Part shown: positions 17,247-29,036 of the stretch, in pieces | Numbering within the stretch: position 1 is the first letter of the stretch | Layout of the letters: each line of letters opens with the position of its first letter | Source: Eubacteriales bacterium | Lineage (GTDB): Bacteria; Bacillota; Clostridia; Oscillospirales; CAG-272 | Assembly (NCBI GenBank): GCA_045597185.1 | Contig: JAZODV010000039.1 | Span: 1 to 40,434 of the forward strand | Length of the DNA stretch: 40,434 bases | Direction of reading: 5' to 3' | The notes under the pieces: model-generated | What the model was told of the DNA's origin: nothing | Databases searched by the model: none | Seen by the model: only the letters and a program-made list of their open reading frames with translations | Translations under genes and position numbers: made by a program

Positions 17247-17466
17247 AATCATGCCTCCTTGTGTTTGTTAAGCAGAGTTTTTATTATTGTATCTGCTTCA
17301 TATACAGTATACCATATTTTGTGCTTGTTGTAAAGGGTCAATCAAAAAATTTAATATAAGTTTTTTATTTTTGTATAAAATAACGAATAAAAATTAATAA
17401 ATGAATTTTTTAGCAATGTTGAACTTTTGAAATGTTTGTGGTATAATAAATAATTGAGGTGATATC

Positions 17467-18903
17467 ATGAAAAAGACATATATAACTTCAATGCCCAATC
17501 ATATAGGGGCTTTTTTGAAAGCCAGCCGTTGTTTTTCTTCGCTTGGGATCAACATTACCCGTGTAAGCTATAATAAAGCTGTCGATTCACACACGTTGTT
17601 TATAGATGCTGAGGGAACATCCGAACAACTGAAAAAAGCAGACGACGAGCTTTCAAAGATCGGTTATCTTCAAAACGGAAGAGCAGATTCAAGCATAGTT
17701 CTTATTGAATTTTGTTTAAAAGATGTGCCCGGCAGTGTTACGGATATACTTGTGCTTATAGATCAATTTAAGTTTAACATTTCATATATAAGCTCACAGG
17801 AAAACGGAAGCGACCATCAATTTTTCAAAATGGGCTTGTATATTGATGATCCTGATAAGGTGTCGCATTTTTTGACAGAAGCCGAAAAGATATGCAAGGT
17901 CAGAGTTATTGATTATAACAGCTCGGAAAAGGTCTATGACAATAGTATTTTTTACAGTACGTACGTCTCGGGTCTTGTAAAAAACATGGAGCTTTCGGAT
18001 GAAATAAGGCAACAGCTTCTTGTCTACGTAAATCTTGCTATGCAAACGCTTGACGAGGAAGGACTTTCACCGTATAGAACCTTTGACAGCATAAGCCGTT
18101 TCTCTGAGCTGCTTGCAAAATATCGTGGGGAGAATTTTTTACCTCGTATAACCCAGCACGAAATAACAGAAAACACAAAAATAATACTCATAGAGCCTCC
18201 TTGCGGAAGCAATACGATAATAATAAACAGCAACGGAAAATATTTGTTTATTGACACCGGTTATGCCTGTTACGAAGCCGAGATGTTAGGCATACTGCGA
18301 AAAATCATACCAAGCTTTGATACTATAAGGAAAACGGCGCTTATAACTCACGCAGACGTCGACCATTGCGGGCTTTTGCATCTTTTTGACGAGGTGATTG
18401 CAAGTAAAAAAAGCTTTGCTTGCATTACGGAAGAGTATGCAGGCAGAAACGGTTTCCGTGAACAAAATCTTTTGCATATGCCGTATATAAATATATGTAA
18501 AATGATAACGTCATATAAGCCCGTAGACCCTGCAAAAATAACAGTTCTGTGGAATGACACGGAAAAGATTTCACAGCCGCTTACACAAATAGGATTCTTT
18601 GATTTTGAAGAGCTGCACTTCGAGGTATATGAAGGGAAGGGCGGACACCTTCCGGGTGAGATTGTGCTGATAGATTACGGCAACCATATAGCATTTACTG
18701 GAGACATTTATATAAATGTGAAAGGTCTTACGCCAGAGCAAACCGAATATAACAAATATGCGCCTGTTCTTATGACCTCGGTGGATACCGACCCAAAGCT
18801 TTGTGCGGATGAACGCGTTGCTATTATGCAAAGACTTGGTGTAGGCAGTTGGCAGATATTCGGTTCACATGGATTTAAAAAAGATTATTCCGTAAATTCT
18901 TAA
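17467..18903 (+). CDS. Tandem ACT-like domains fused to an MBL-fold metallo-hydrolase
   Basis: N-terminal PNHIGAF...LGINI and DVPGSV...FNISYI ACT-like repeats; IDTG, THADVDH, GGH, FTGD and GSHG MBL motifs. Confidence 0.75.
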   Translation: MKKTYITSMPNHIGAFLKASRCFSSLGINITRVSYNKAVDSHTLFIDAEGTSEQLKKADDELSKIGYLQNGRADSSIVLIEFCLKDVPGSVTDILVLIDQFKFNISYISSQENGSDHQFFKMGLYIDDPDKVSHFLTEAEKICKVRVIDYNSSEKVYDNSIFYSTYVSGLVKNMELSDEIRQQLLVYVNLAMQTLDEEGLSPYRTFDSISRFSELLAKYRGENFLPRITQHEITENTKIILIEPPCGSNTIIINSNGKYLFIDTGYACYEAEMLGILRKIIPSFDTIRKTALITHADVDHCGLLHLFDEVIASKKSFACITEEYAGRNGFREQNLLHMPYINICKMITSYKPVDPAKITVLWNDTEKISQPLTQIGFFDFEELHFEVYEGKGGHLPGEIVLIDYGNHIAFTGDIYINVKGLTPEQTEYNKYAPVLMTSVDTDPKLCADERVAIMQRLGVGSWQIFGSHGFKKDYSVNS

Positions 18904-18914
18904 ATGCTTATTGA

Positions 18915-20915
<2,001 letters not shown>

Positions 20916-20922
20916 AAAACTA

Positions 20923-20971
20923 TAAAAATATCCGATTTCATCTGTTAAACGGTGAACTCGGATATTTTTTT
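20923..20971 (+). terminator. Intrinsic terminator after ligA
   Basis: AAAAATATCCGA...TCGGATATTTTTT. Confidence 0.7.
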
Positions 20972-21050
20972 ATTTGTTACACAATGTGACGATTTTCGCG
21001 TACATAAGGCTATATAATAATACAAAGAAAAAAGAAAGGATGATAAAAAC

Positions 21051-21386
21051 ATGATCAAAAGTGAAGCACAACTTATGCATACTGAAAAGGAAGGCTGTCT
21101 TATTCTGCATTTGTGCGGAGAAATAGATCATCACAGTGCAAGCGCTCTAAGACAAAACGCAGATGATCTTATATACAGGTATCGCCCGTCAAATGTAATC
21201 TTTGACCTTTCGGAAATAGAATTTATGGATTCCTCTGGCTTGGGCTTTATAATGGGAAGATATGCTCTTCTTCAGAAGTTTGGAGGACGAGTAAGTATAT
21301 TAAATCCAAATAAAAGAGTTGAAAAGATCATTTCTTTGGCAGGACTTGAAAGAATTATAAAAATTGAAAGGACAAATATAAAATGA
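21051..21386 (+). CDS. spoIIAA: Anti-sigma F factor antagonist SpoIIAA
   Basis: STAS domain, GEIDHH and FMDSSGLG phosphoacceptor motif; operon context. Confidence 0.92.
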   Translation: MIKSEAQLMHTEKEGCLILHLCGEIDHHSASALRQNADDLIYRYRPSNVIFDLSEIEFMDSSGLGFIMGRYALLQKFGGRVSILNPNKRVEKIISLAGLERIIKIERTNIK

Positions 21387-21844
21387 AACTTAACAATAAA
21401 ATCAAAAACACTATGAAGCTTACGTTGCCGTCTTTATCTGCAAACGAAGGTATGGCGCGTGCTGCGGTAGCCGCGTTCTGCTCTCAACTCGATCCTGCCA
21501 CCACAGACCTTGCCGATATAAAATGTGCGGTATCGGAGGCGGTAACAAACTGTATAGTACACGCATACAAAGATGCGGTTGGCACTATATACATAACGGT
21601 AAAGCTCATGGAAAACGGATACGTTCATATAGAAATACGGGACAGGGGCTGCGGTATTCCGGATGTTCAAATAGCGCGTCAGCCGTTGTATACCACGGAT
21701 GCGGAAAGCGAACGCTCGGGACTTGGATTTACGGTTATGGAAAGCTTTTGCGATAAGGTGAAAGTAAGATCAAAGCAGGGCGTTGGAACGACAGTCGTTT
21801 TGATCAAACAGATAAGTCATAAAGGAGAAGAAATAAAGCCTTGA
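21383..21844 (+). CDS. spoIIAB: Anti-sigma F factor SpoIIAB
   Basis: SEAVTNCIVHAY, DRGCGI, ERSGLGFTVMESF and GTTV. Confidence 0.95.
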   Translation: MKLNNKIKNTMKLTLPSLSANEGMARAAVAAFCSQLDPATTDLADIKCAVSEAVTNCIVHAYKDAVGTIYITVKLMENGYVHIEIRDRGCGIPDVQIARQPLYTTDAESERSGLGFTVMESFCDKVKVRSKQGVGTTVVLIKQISHKGEEIKP

Positions 21845-22578
21845 ATGTTGCAACCCAAGAAACCGACTTTTCAAAAAATATTGAGCTTATAAGCGCAGCC
21901 CATAACGGCGATACTGATGCTGAAAGTCGGCTCGTCTCCGACAATATCGGGCTTGTAAGAAGTATAGCGTTACGTTTTTGCGGAAGAGGGATTGAGCTTG
22001 ATGACCTTATGCAGATAGGAATACTCGGACTTGTAAAAGCGATAAGGAGCTTTGATGCTGATAGAGGTTTTGCTTTTTCTACGTATGCGGTACCTCTTAT
22101 AATGGGCGAGATAAAGAGAACTCTAAGAGACGAAGGCCTTATAAAAGTGGGAAGAGCGCAGAAGAAGCTTGGCAAGGATATTTTGATGCTAAAAACACAG
22201 ATTATGAACGATGAGGGAAGGGATCCGGGAATTGCAGAACTTGCAAAACTGTGTAACGTAACGGCAGAAGATGCGGCTATGGCACTTGAAGCTATATCGC
22301 CCGTTGCCTCTCTTTCTGACCCCATAGATGGGGACGGAAATTTTACTCTTGAAAGCAAAATACCAGATTCCGAGAACGAGATAGAGAAAATATCAGACAG
22401 AATAGCTCTTTCGCAAGCGATATCAAAATTACCTGAAACGCAAAAGAAAATTTTGATCTTGCGCTTTTTTAAAGGTAAAACGCAACAAAAAACAGCATTT
22501 GAGTTAGGGCTTTCTCAAGTGAAAATATCAAGAGAAGAAAGAAAAATACTAGAGTTTTTAAAGGGAGAGTTAATATAA
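21841..22578 (+). CDS. sigF: Forespore sigma factor SigF
   Basis: DDLMQIG, FSTYAVPLIMGEIKR and SQVKISREE; third gene of spoIIA; TTG start after AAAGGAG. Confidence 0.9.
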   Translation: MNVATQETDFSKNIELISAAHNGDTDAESRLVSDNIGLVRSIALRFCGRGIELDDLMQIGILGLVKAIRSFDADRGFAFSTYAVPLIMGEIKRTLRDEGLIKVGRAQKKLGKDILMLKTQIMNDEGRDPGIAELAKLCNVTAEDAAMALEAISPVASLSDPIDGDGNFTLESKIPDSENEIEKISDRIALSQAISKLPETQKKILILRFFKGKTQQKTAFELGLSQVKISREERKILEFLKGELI

Positions 22579-22600
22579 TTCACAAAAATAAGCGCTCAAA

Positions 22601-22617
22601 TGTAAACAAAATGTTAA
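22601..22617 (+). promoter_or_regulatory. OmpR-family direct-repeat box (WalR/PhoP-like)
   Basis: TGTAAA-N5-TGTTAA matches TGTWAH-N5-TGTWAH, 17 bp upstream of a -35. Confidence 0.45.
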
Positions 22618-22634
22618 AAATGTTGTCAAACCTC

Positions 22635-22663
22635 TTGTGCAAGTTAAGAACTTGTGATAGAAT
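22635..22663 (+). promoter_or_regulatory. sigmaA-type promoter of the putative sRNA
   Basis: TTGTGC-N17-TAGAAT with TG extension; no ORF downstream. Confidence 0.65.
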
Positions 22664-22669
22664 ATGAGC

Positions 22670-22826
22670 ACAATAAATATTAGTAACATTGTCTTGGTAT
22701 CGGTCCCCCCCTCTATGCCGACGCCATAACTTGTTTTAGTCTGTCGGGTTCGAAGCTATCCGTATCGAATCAGTCAGACACGACCCGACTCGTTCCCCCC
22801 CTTAATGCGAGTCGGGTCGACCTTTT
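22670..22826 (+). ncRNA. Putative small RNA with three hairpins and two C7 loops
   Basis: Promoter; stems at 22695-22726, 22739-22779 and 22781-22819; loops TCCCCCCCTCTATG and TCCCCCCCTTAATG; followed by CCTTTTCT. Confidence 0.65.
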
Positions 22827-22830
22827 CTAT

Positions 22831-22871
22831 AGAATTCGAGCCACAGCAAATTTTGCTGTGGCTCGAATTCT
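22831..22871. terminator. Perfect 20-bp-arm hairpin, terminator for lepA and/or the sRNA
   Basis: AGAATTCGAGCCACAGCAAA-T-TTTGCTGTGGCTCGAATTCT. Confidence 0.75.
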
Positions 22872-22873
22872 TG

Positions 22874-24694
22874 TTATTGGTCTTCGGAATCAAGACGGAG
22901 AACTGCCATAAACGCTTCGGGAGAAATCTGGACAGAACCTAGCTGACGCATCTTTTTCTTTCCTTCTTTCTGCTTTTCAAGTAGCTTCTTTTTACGCGTT
23001 ATATCACCGCCGTAGCATTTTGCAAGAACATCCTTCCTCATAGCCTTGACGGTTTCTCTGGCGATTACTTTACCGCCTATCGCCGCTTGTATTGGAACTT
23101 CAAAGAGCTGACGCGGTATGTTTTCCTTAAGGCGTTCAGCTATCTTTCTTGCGCGGGGATATGCCTTTTCTTCATGAACGATAAACGAAAGCGCATCGAC
23201 CTGATCTCCGTTTAACAGGAAATCAAGCTTTACAAGCTTTGACTTTCTGTATTCGAGGATCTCATAATCAAGAGAAGCATAGCCTCTTGAACGGCTCTTA
23301 AGAGCATCAAAGAAATCATAAATTATTTCGTTTAGCGGTAACTCATAATGTAGGTCTACACGTGTCTGATCGAGATATTTCATATCAACAAACGTTCCGC
23401 GTCTGTCCTGACACAGCTCCATAAGACCGCCCACATAATCAACCGGCGTTATGATGTGCGCGGTTACTATAGGTTCTGACGCGTAATCTATTTCATCAGG
23501 CGTGGGGAAATTAGTCGGATTGTCGATCTTGATAAGATCTCCGTTTCTGAGCTTGACCTCGTAAATAACGCTGGGAGCTGTCGTTATAAGGTCAAGATTG
23601 AATTCACGCTCAAGTCTTTCTTCTATGATCTCCATATGAAGAAGTCCCAGGAATCCACAACGGAATCCGAACCCGAGGGCAATTGACGTTTCAGGTTCAA
23701 ATATAAGCGCTGCATCGTTAAGCAATAGCTTTTCAAGAGAATCGCGAAGATCACCGTAGCGCGCTCCGTCAGCGGGGTAAATACCGGCATACACCATCGG
23801 CTTTGCTTGCTTAAATCCGGGAAGAGCCTCTTTTGCGGGATTGGATGCAAGTGTTACGGTATCACCGACGCGAGTGTCTCCTATACTCTTTATACTTGCG
23901 GTAATATAACCGACCTCACCTGCATAAAGCCTGTCCGCCTTGGAAAGTCCGAACGTCTCCATATGACCGACATCCACTATCTCGTATGTTTGTCCCGTAC
24001 TCATCATTTTGATTACGTCACCCGAAGCAACGCTTCCGTCCATAACTCTTACATAGACAACAACGCCAAGATAGCTGTCATAGTATGAGTCGAATATCAA
24101 TGCTTTCAGAGGAGCGTTTTCGTCACCGTTTGGAGCGGGAATATTAGCAACAATATCGTCAAGAACATCGGATATATTAAGACCTGTTTTGGCAGATACC
24201 TCAGGACAGCCTTCAGCCGGGATTCCTATAACGTCTTCAATCTCATCTCGAACTCTGTTAGGATCTGCAGACGGAAGATCTATCTTGTTTATAACAGGTA
24301 GTATTTCGAGTCCTGCATCTGCCGCAAGGTATGCGTTTGCAAGAGTTTGTGCCTCAATACCTTGAGTTGCGTCAACAACAAGGAGTGCGCCTTCACACGC
24401 GTTAAGCGAACGGGATACCTCGTAGTTAAAGTCAACGTGTCCCGGGGTGTCTATAAGATTAAGAATATAGTCCTCTCCGTCGGGTGCAGAGTAGCTAAGC
24501 CTTACAGCTCGAGCTTTAATAGTAATTCCTCTTTCCTTTTCAAGATCCATATTATCAAGCATCTGTTCTGACACATCGCGCTTCTGTACCGCTTCGGTCG
24601 CTTCAAGCAAGCGGTCGGCAAGCGTCGATTTTCCGTGGTCTATGTGGGCTATAATAGAAAAGTTACGTATGTTTTTTTGCTTTCTTTCTGACAT
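22874..24694 (-). CDS. lepA: Elongation factor 4 (LepA)
   Basis: [28 protein letters not shown] and [13 protein letters not shown]. Confidence 0.98.
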   Translation of the reverse strand: MSERKQKNIRNFSIIAHIDHGKSTLADRLLEATEAVQKRDVSEQMLDNMDLEKERGITIKARAVRLSYSAPDGEDYILNLIDTPGHVDFNYEVSRSLNACEGALLVVDATQGIEAQTLANAYLAADAGLEILPVINKIDLPSADPNRVRDEIEDVIGIPAEGCPEVSAKTGLNISDVLDDIVANIPAPNGDENAPLKALIFDSYYDSYLGVVVYVRVMDGSVASGDVIKMMSTGQTYEIVDVGHMETFGLSKADRLYAGEVGYITASIKSIGDTRVGDTVTLASNPAKEALPGFKQAKPMVYAGIYPADGARYGDLRDSLEKLLLNDAALIFEPETSIALGFGFRCGFLGLLHMEIIEERLEREFNLDLITTAPSVIYEVKLRNGDLIKIDNPTNFPTPDEIDYASEPIVTAHIITPVDYVGGLMELCQDRRGTFVDMKYLDQTRVDLHYELPLNEIIYDFFDALKSRSRGYASLDYEILEYRKSKLVKLDFLLNGDQVDALSFIVHEEKAYPRARKIAERLKENIPRQLFEVPIQAAIGGKVIARETVKAMRKDVLAKCYGGDITRKKKLLEKQKEGKKKMRQLGSVQISPEAFMAVLRLDSEDQ

Positions 24695-24844
24695 GCTTTT
24701 CTCCAAGTATTTTTAATTACCCATATTATATAATATTTTTCAAAAAATCACAATAATATTTTTTAAAAATTTTCAAATTCTATTGATTTTTTTGCGTTTA
24801 TACTATATAATGTCGGTGTCACAATGACAGAAAGGGGATGTATG

Positions 24845-25942
24845 ATGTCAAAAATCAAAAAAAATGCCGCAATCATCGGCTTTGGCGGAATGGGATCGTG
24901 GCATGGAAAACATTTTGTAAAAAGTGATTGTGTAAATCTTGTCGGAGTATACGATATTCTCGGACTTGAAGGAATAAGAAAGGACCGCAGAGAGTTTCTT
25001 GAAGAAAACGGAATACGTTTTTATGAGTCTCTTGAAGCAGTATTGGACGATAAAAGTGTTGATTTTATAACGATTGCAACGCCAAACGACAGTCATAAGC
25101 CTATTGCACTTAAGGCAATGTCTGCAGGTAAGCACGTTGTTACGGAAAAGCCTGTCGTTCTTAACAGCTCCGAGCTTGAAGAGCTTATAGCAGCTTCGAA
25201 AAAGTATAACGTTATTTTTACAACTCATCAAAACAGACGTTGGGATGCCGATTATCTTATGATGAAGGACATATATCATTCGGGGAATCTTGGTAAAGTG
25301 TTTAGCATTGAATCAAGAGTACAGGGCTCTCGCGGAATTCCGGGTGACTGGAGAGGAAAGCCTGAACATGGCGGCGGTATGATACTCGACTGGGGCGTTC
25401 ATCTTATAGATCAGATCCTCGGTATAATAGATGATAAAAAGCTTTTGTCGGTGTACTGCAAGTGCGATCATATAACAAACAAGCAGGTTGACGATGGCTT
25501 TAAGCTTGATATGTACTTTGAAGATGACGTCGTTGCTCGCGTTGAAGTAGGCACAAACCATTTTATAAGCATTGGCAGATTATATATGGTCGGTTCTGCA
25601 GGCTCTGCAATCATAAAAGATTGGCACGATGACTGCCATGAGATCATTTGCACTGAATGGAAAGAAGATAACGTAACTCCCGTTGTTACTGCTGCGGGTC
25701 TTACGAAGACTATGGCACCGCGTGACGCAAAAACGACAGAGGAGCGTACCATTTCGAGATATACGTCGAATGTACACGATTACTACCGCAATTTTGTAAA
25801 AGCAATAGACGGAGAAGAGGAGCAGCTTATAACTCACAATCAGCTTCGCCGTTCTATGATGATAATGGAAGCCGCTTTTGAATCCGATAGGCTCGGCAGA
25901 CCTGTTGAGGTAAAGGATATTTCGGCTCCCAGAAAGAACTGA
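24845..25942 (+). CDS. Gfo/Idh/MocA family oxidoreductase
   Basis: IIGFGGMG, ATPNDSH, EKP, NRRWD and GGGMILDWGVHLID; start 24842 or 24845. Confidence 0.92.
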   Translation: MSKIKKNAAIIGFGGMGSWHGKHFVKSDCVNLVGVYDILGLEGIRKDRREFLEENGIRFYESLEAVLDDKSVDFITIATPNDSHKPIALKAMSAGKHVVTEKPVVLNSSELEELIAASKKYNVIFTTHQNRRWDADYLMMKDIYHSGNLGKVFSIESRVQGSRGIPGDWRGKPEHGGGMILDWGVHLIDQILGIIDDKKLLSVYCKCDHITNKQVDDGFKLDMYFEDDVVARVEVGTNHFISIGRLYMVGSAGSAIIKDWHDDCHEIICTEWKEDNVTPVVTAAGLTKTMAPRDAKTTEERTISRYTSNVHDYYRNFVKAIDGEEEQLITHNQLRRSMMIMEAAFESDRLGRPVEVKDISAPRKN

Positions 25943-25952
25943 ATATAAAAAT

Positions 25953-25999
25953 AAAAAGTGACGCCTCAAATGCTAAATGCATCAGAGACGTCACTTTTT
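25953..25999. terminator. Bidirectional terminator
   Basis: AAAAAGTGACG...CGTCACTTTTT between convergent genes. Confidence 0.65.
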
Positions 26000-26762
26000 A
26001 TTCTTCTTCAACAGAATACGCTTCGATTCCTTTGAGGCGTCCTGTTTCTTTAAATCCGTCGATCCCTCCGCGCTGTATAGCACCGAAAATTCTGTAACGA
26101 AGTCCTTTGTGTTTTCGGTCAAGCTCTGCGAGCAGCTTTTTCATTTCTTCACGTTGAGTATTTCCGTCGGCAGGGCAGGGCGATTTTACCACGGGAAGCT
26201 CTACCGAATTTGCAAAGTATCTTACGTCCTTTTCCGGCAGATATATCATAGGTCTTATAAGCGTTATATCGGTTCTGGAAAGATATGTTACAGGTGAAAA
26301 ACAACCGATACGTCCCTCAAAGAAGAGATTAAGCATAAACGTTTCGACAGTATCATCAAAATGGTGACCGAGCGCGACCTTGTTACACCCAAGCTCTTTT
26401 GCAGACGTGTGAATCGCTCCACGACGCATTTTTGCGCAGAGAGAGCAGGGACTTGCCTCTTTACGTTCTTCAAAAATTATTTTTGATATCTGCGTAGGTA
26501 CTACGTGATATTTCACATCAAGTTTATCACAAAGCTCTGCAATTTTTGAAAAATCAACGTTGTCAAAGCCCATATCTATAGTCAGGGCAAGTATTTCAAA
26601 TTTTTGAGGATAAAATCGTCTGAGTCCTGCAAGCGCATAAAGAAGAGCAAGAGAATCCTTACCGCCCGAAATACCTATTGCTATTTTATCTCCGTCCTTG
26701 ATCATGCCGTAATCATCAACGGCACGTCTTACACAGCTTAAAAGATGTTTGGTTTCATTCAT
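25998..26762 (-). CDS. ttcA: tRNA 2-thiocytidine biosynthesis protein TtcA
   Basis: SGGKDS PP-loop, CSLCAKMRRG, GHHFDD, IRPM and SPCP. Confidence 0.9.
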   Translation of the reverse strand: MNETKHLLSCVRRAVDDYGMIKDGDKIAIGISGGKDSLALLYALAGLRRFYPQKFEILALTIDMGFDNVDFSKIAELCDKLDVKYHVVPTQISKIIFEERKEASPCSLCAKMRRGAIHTSAKELGCNKVALGHHFDDTVETFMLNLFFEGRIGCFSPVTYLSRTDITLIRPMIYLPEKDVRYFANSVELPVVKSPCPADGNTQREEMKKLLAELDRKHKGLRYRIFGAIQRGGIDGFKETGRLKGIEAYSVEEE

Positions 26763-27513
26763 TTTTCAAAAAATCTCCAAAGCTACAGCTTTCATATATT
26801 TTTTCGGCATCATCTGTCGGTGTGCCGTCTTCGTTACGCATATACAAGACAGGGGTTATTTTTAGCGACCGTCTTGACGTTCGCGCGGATTCTGTCAAAA
26901 CGATAAACGGCTCGGACCCTTTATTGTGTGCGACAAAAGTCATTTTTATAGGTTCAAGCCCTGACGATTTTAGCGATGACACTATATCACACAGGCGCTC
27001 TGCGCGCATTACCGTGTAAAAATGTCCTTGCGTTCGCATGATTTTTGAAGCAGCAACACAAAAATCCGAAATTCCACCGTTAAGCTCAAATCTGGCGGCA
27101 TTTTTTTCTTTGCTTGGACTTTGCTTTCCGCTTCCAATTATAAAATATGGCGGATTTGCAATGACCGTACCTATAGGTTCGTCAAAGCTGTTGATACTCA
27201 ACTCCCGTATATCGGCAAGTATAGGAGTGATTATATTTTGAAAATTATTTGTTTCGACATTTTTTGTTGCGGTTTCGTGTAATTCCCGTTGTATTTCGAC
27301 TGCATAAATTTTATCAGCTTTATTGTGAGCCGCCAAAAGCAATGAGCATATCCCACTTCCACTTCCAAGCTCAAGCGTTGCGGCTGTTTTGTCGGGCTCG
27401 GCGTATGCAGACAGAAGTATCGCATCTGTTCCAAAGCTGAGACTGTTCGTTTTTTCTATAAGAGTTATTCTGTTGTTTACAACGACTTCACGTTCGTATA
27501 GCGGTTTGTTCAT
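26755..27513 (-). CDS. tRNA1(Val) A37 N6-methyltransferase-like (YabB/TrmN6)
   Basis: FGTDAILL, ELGSGSG, VEIQ, NPPY and ARFE; start 27513. Confidence 0.88.
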   Translation of the reverse strand: MNKPLYEREVVVNNRITLIEKTNSLSFGTDAILLSAYAEPDKTAATLELGSGSGICSLLLAAHNKADKIYAVEIQRELHETATKNVETNNFQNIITPILADIRELSINSFDEPIGTVIANPPYFIIGSGKQSPSKEKNAARFELNGGISDFCVAASKIMRTQGHFYTVMRAERLCDIVSSLKSSGLEPIKMTFVAHNKGSEPFIVLTESARTSRRSLKITPVLYMRNEDGTPTDDAEKIYESCSFGDFLKNE

Positions 27514-27596
27514 AAAAAATTCCTTAAATTCAGTTAAAAAGGCTGCCGATGTATATCGACAGCCTTCGGCTTTACAGACAAAAAACGAATATGTAA

Positions 27597-27770
27597 TTAT
27601 TCTGCCTTTGCCGCACCAACAGGGCAAGCACCTTCGCAAGCGCCACAATCGAGACACTTGTCTGCATCAATAACATACTTTCCGTCTTTTTCGCTGATTG
27701 CTCCAACAGGGCATTCTTCTGCGCATGCTCCGCAACCGAGGCACTCATCTGTATTGATCTTATATGCCAT
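27597..27770 (-). CDS. fdx: 2[4Fe-4S] clostridial-type ferredoxin (57 aa, absent from the ORF track)
   Basis: [57 protein letters not shown]: two CxxCxxCxxxCP motifs; RBS GGAGGTG. Confidence 0.95.
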   Translation of the reverse strand: MAYKINTDECLGCGACAEECPVGAISEKDGKYVIDADKCLDCGACEGACPVGAAKAE

Positions 27771-27849
27771 AAAAATTCACCTCCGTACAAAATACTATTA
27801 TGATTATATCACAATCATATAAAAAAATAAATAGGTTTTTCGAAAAAAA

Positions 27850-29010
27850 TCAATTTTTTTCTTCAATTATTTCGGGCTTGGAAATAACTTTGCAGAGTTC
27901 TCTCTTAAAAAGTTTTACCGTTTGTTCTTGACCTGAAACAAATTTTACCTTTACTGTACCCGCAAGAGGGGATATTTCGACAACAGTTCCTTTTCCCTCG
28001 GGAGTTTCAACTATACTGTCAACAGGAGGAGTATTTGCAATCTCTTCCTGATAGGTATCGTATTCGTATCGAAGGCAACACATAAGTCTTCCGCAAGCAC
28101 CAGATATCTTATTTGAATTAAGAGACAAGCTTTGCTCTTTTGCCATTTTTATAGAAACTTGAACAAAATTAGACAGGAATGTTGCACAGCATAGGGGTCT
28201 TCCGCAAACGCCAAGACCGCCCATAAGTTTTGCTTCGTCTCTTATTCCTATTTGTCTAAGCTCTATCCGTGTTCTAAACACCGACGCGAGATCCTTTACA
28301 AGATCACGGAAATCAACTCTTCCAGCACTGGTAAAATAAAAAATAAGCTTTGAATTATCAAAAGTGTACTGTGCATCTACAAGCTTCATATCAAGCTCGT
28401 GTTCTGTTATCTTTTCAAGGCATACCCTGAACGCCTCGGCTTCTTTTTGAGTGTTTTCTTTATTGTGAGTGATGTCTTCTTCAGTTGCTATTCTAACAAC
28501 AGGACGAAGAGGCAGAACGATATCATCGGTTGGAACCATACGATTTCCAAGACATACTTCACCAAATTCAAGACCTCTCGCTGTTTCAACGATTGCTGAT
28601 TCTCCGCATCTTATAGTCATTCCGTTTGGGGAAAAATAATACATCTTACCGACTTTCTTAAATCGGATACCGATTATTTCGGTCCTTGGACGATCATCCT
28701 GCTTGGACTCTTTTTCTGATAAAATGGCATTAATCTCTTCTTCGGTGAAAGTATATTCTTCTGTGGGTTCTTTTTTGTTTGAGTTTGGGAAGCAAATAAA
28801 ATCGTTGTCAAAAAGAATACCGAATTCCTCAACATCAGAAGCTGTAGCCTTAACATTGACACTATTTTCTTCCTTCGATTGTTTCTTTTGATCTTCTTTT
28901 ATAATATTTTCGTTACGGTTCTTATTGTTTCTGTTTCCTCTATGGTGTGGGCGACGCCTATTTTTGTTGCTCCCACTTTTGTTATTGTTGTTATTGATAT
29001 TGTTTTCCAT
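27850..29010 (-). CDS. ricT: PSP1/YaaT (RicT) family protein with a long low-complexity N-terminus
   Basis: RVDFRDLVKDLA, RQIGIRDEAK, CGRPLCC and SGACGRLMCCL. Confidence 0.92.
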   Translation of the reverse strand: MENNINNNNNKSGSNKNRRRPHHRGNRNNKNRNENIIKEDQKKQSKEENSVNVKATASDVEEFGILFDNDFICFPNSNKKEPTEEYTFTEEEINAILSEKESKQDDRPRTEIIGIRFKKVGKMYYFSPNGMTIRCGESAIVETARGLEFGEVCLGNRMVPTDDIVLPLRPVVRIATEEDITHNKENTQKEAEAFRVCLEKITEHELDMKLVDAQYTFDNSKLIFYFTSAGRVDFRDLVKDLASVFRTRIELRQIGIRDEAKLMGGLGVCGRPLCCATFLSNFVQVSIKMAKEQSLSLNSNKISGACGRLMCCLRYEYDTYQEEIANTPPVDSIVETPEGKGTVVEISPLAGTVKVKFVSGQEQTVKLFKRELCKVISKPEIIEEKN

Positions 29011-29036
29011 AGTTTACCACTACTCTCTATATAAAT

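Noticed and set aside
20972-21050. Spo0A box or sigmaH promoter upstream of spoIIAA
   Set aside because: No clean TGNCGAA or sigmaH consensus could be identified; only a weak imperfect dyad TTGTTACA-CAA-TGTGACGA
27514-27790. N-terminal extension of the 300-aa ORF and the 72-aa ORF 27572-27790
   Set aside because: Alternative frames over the real ferredoxin gene and its terminator
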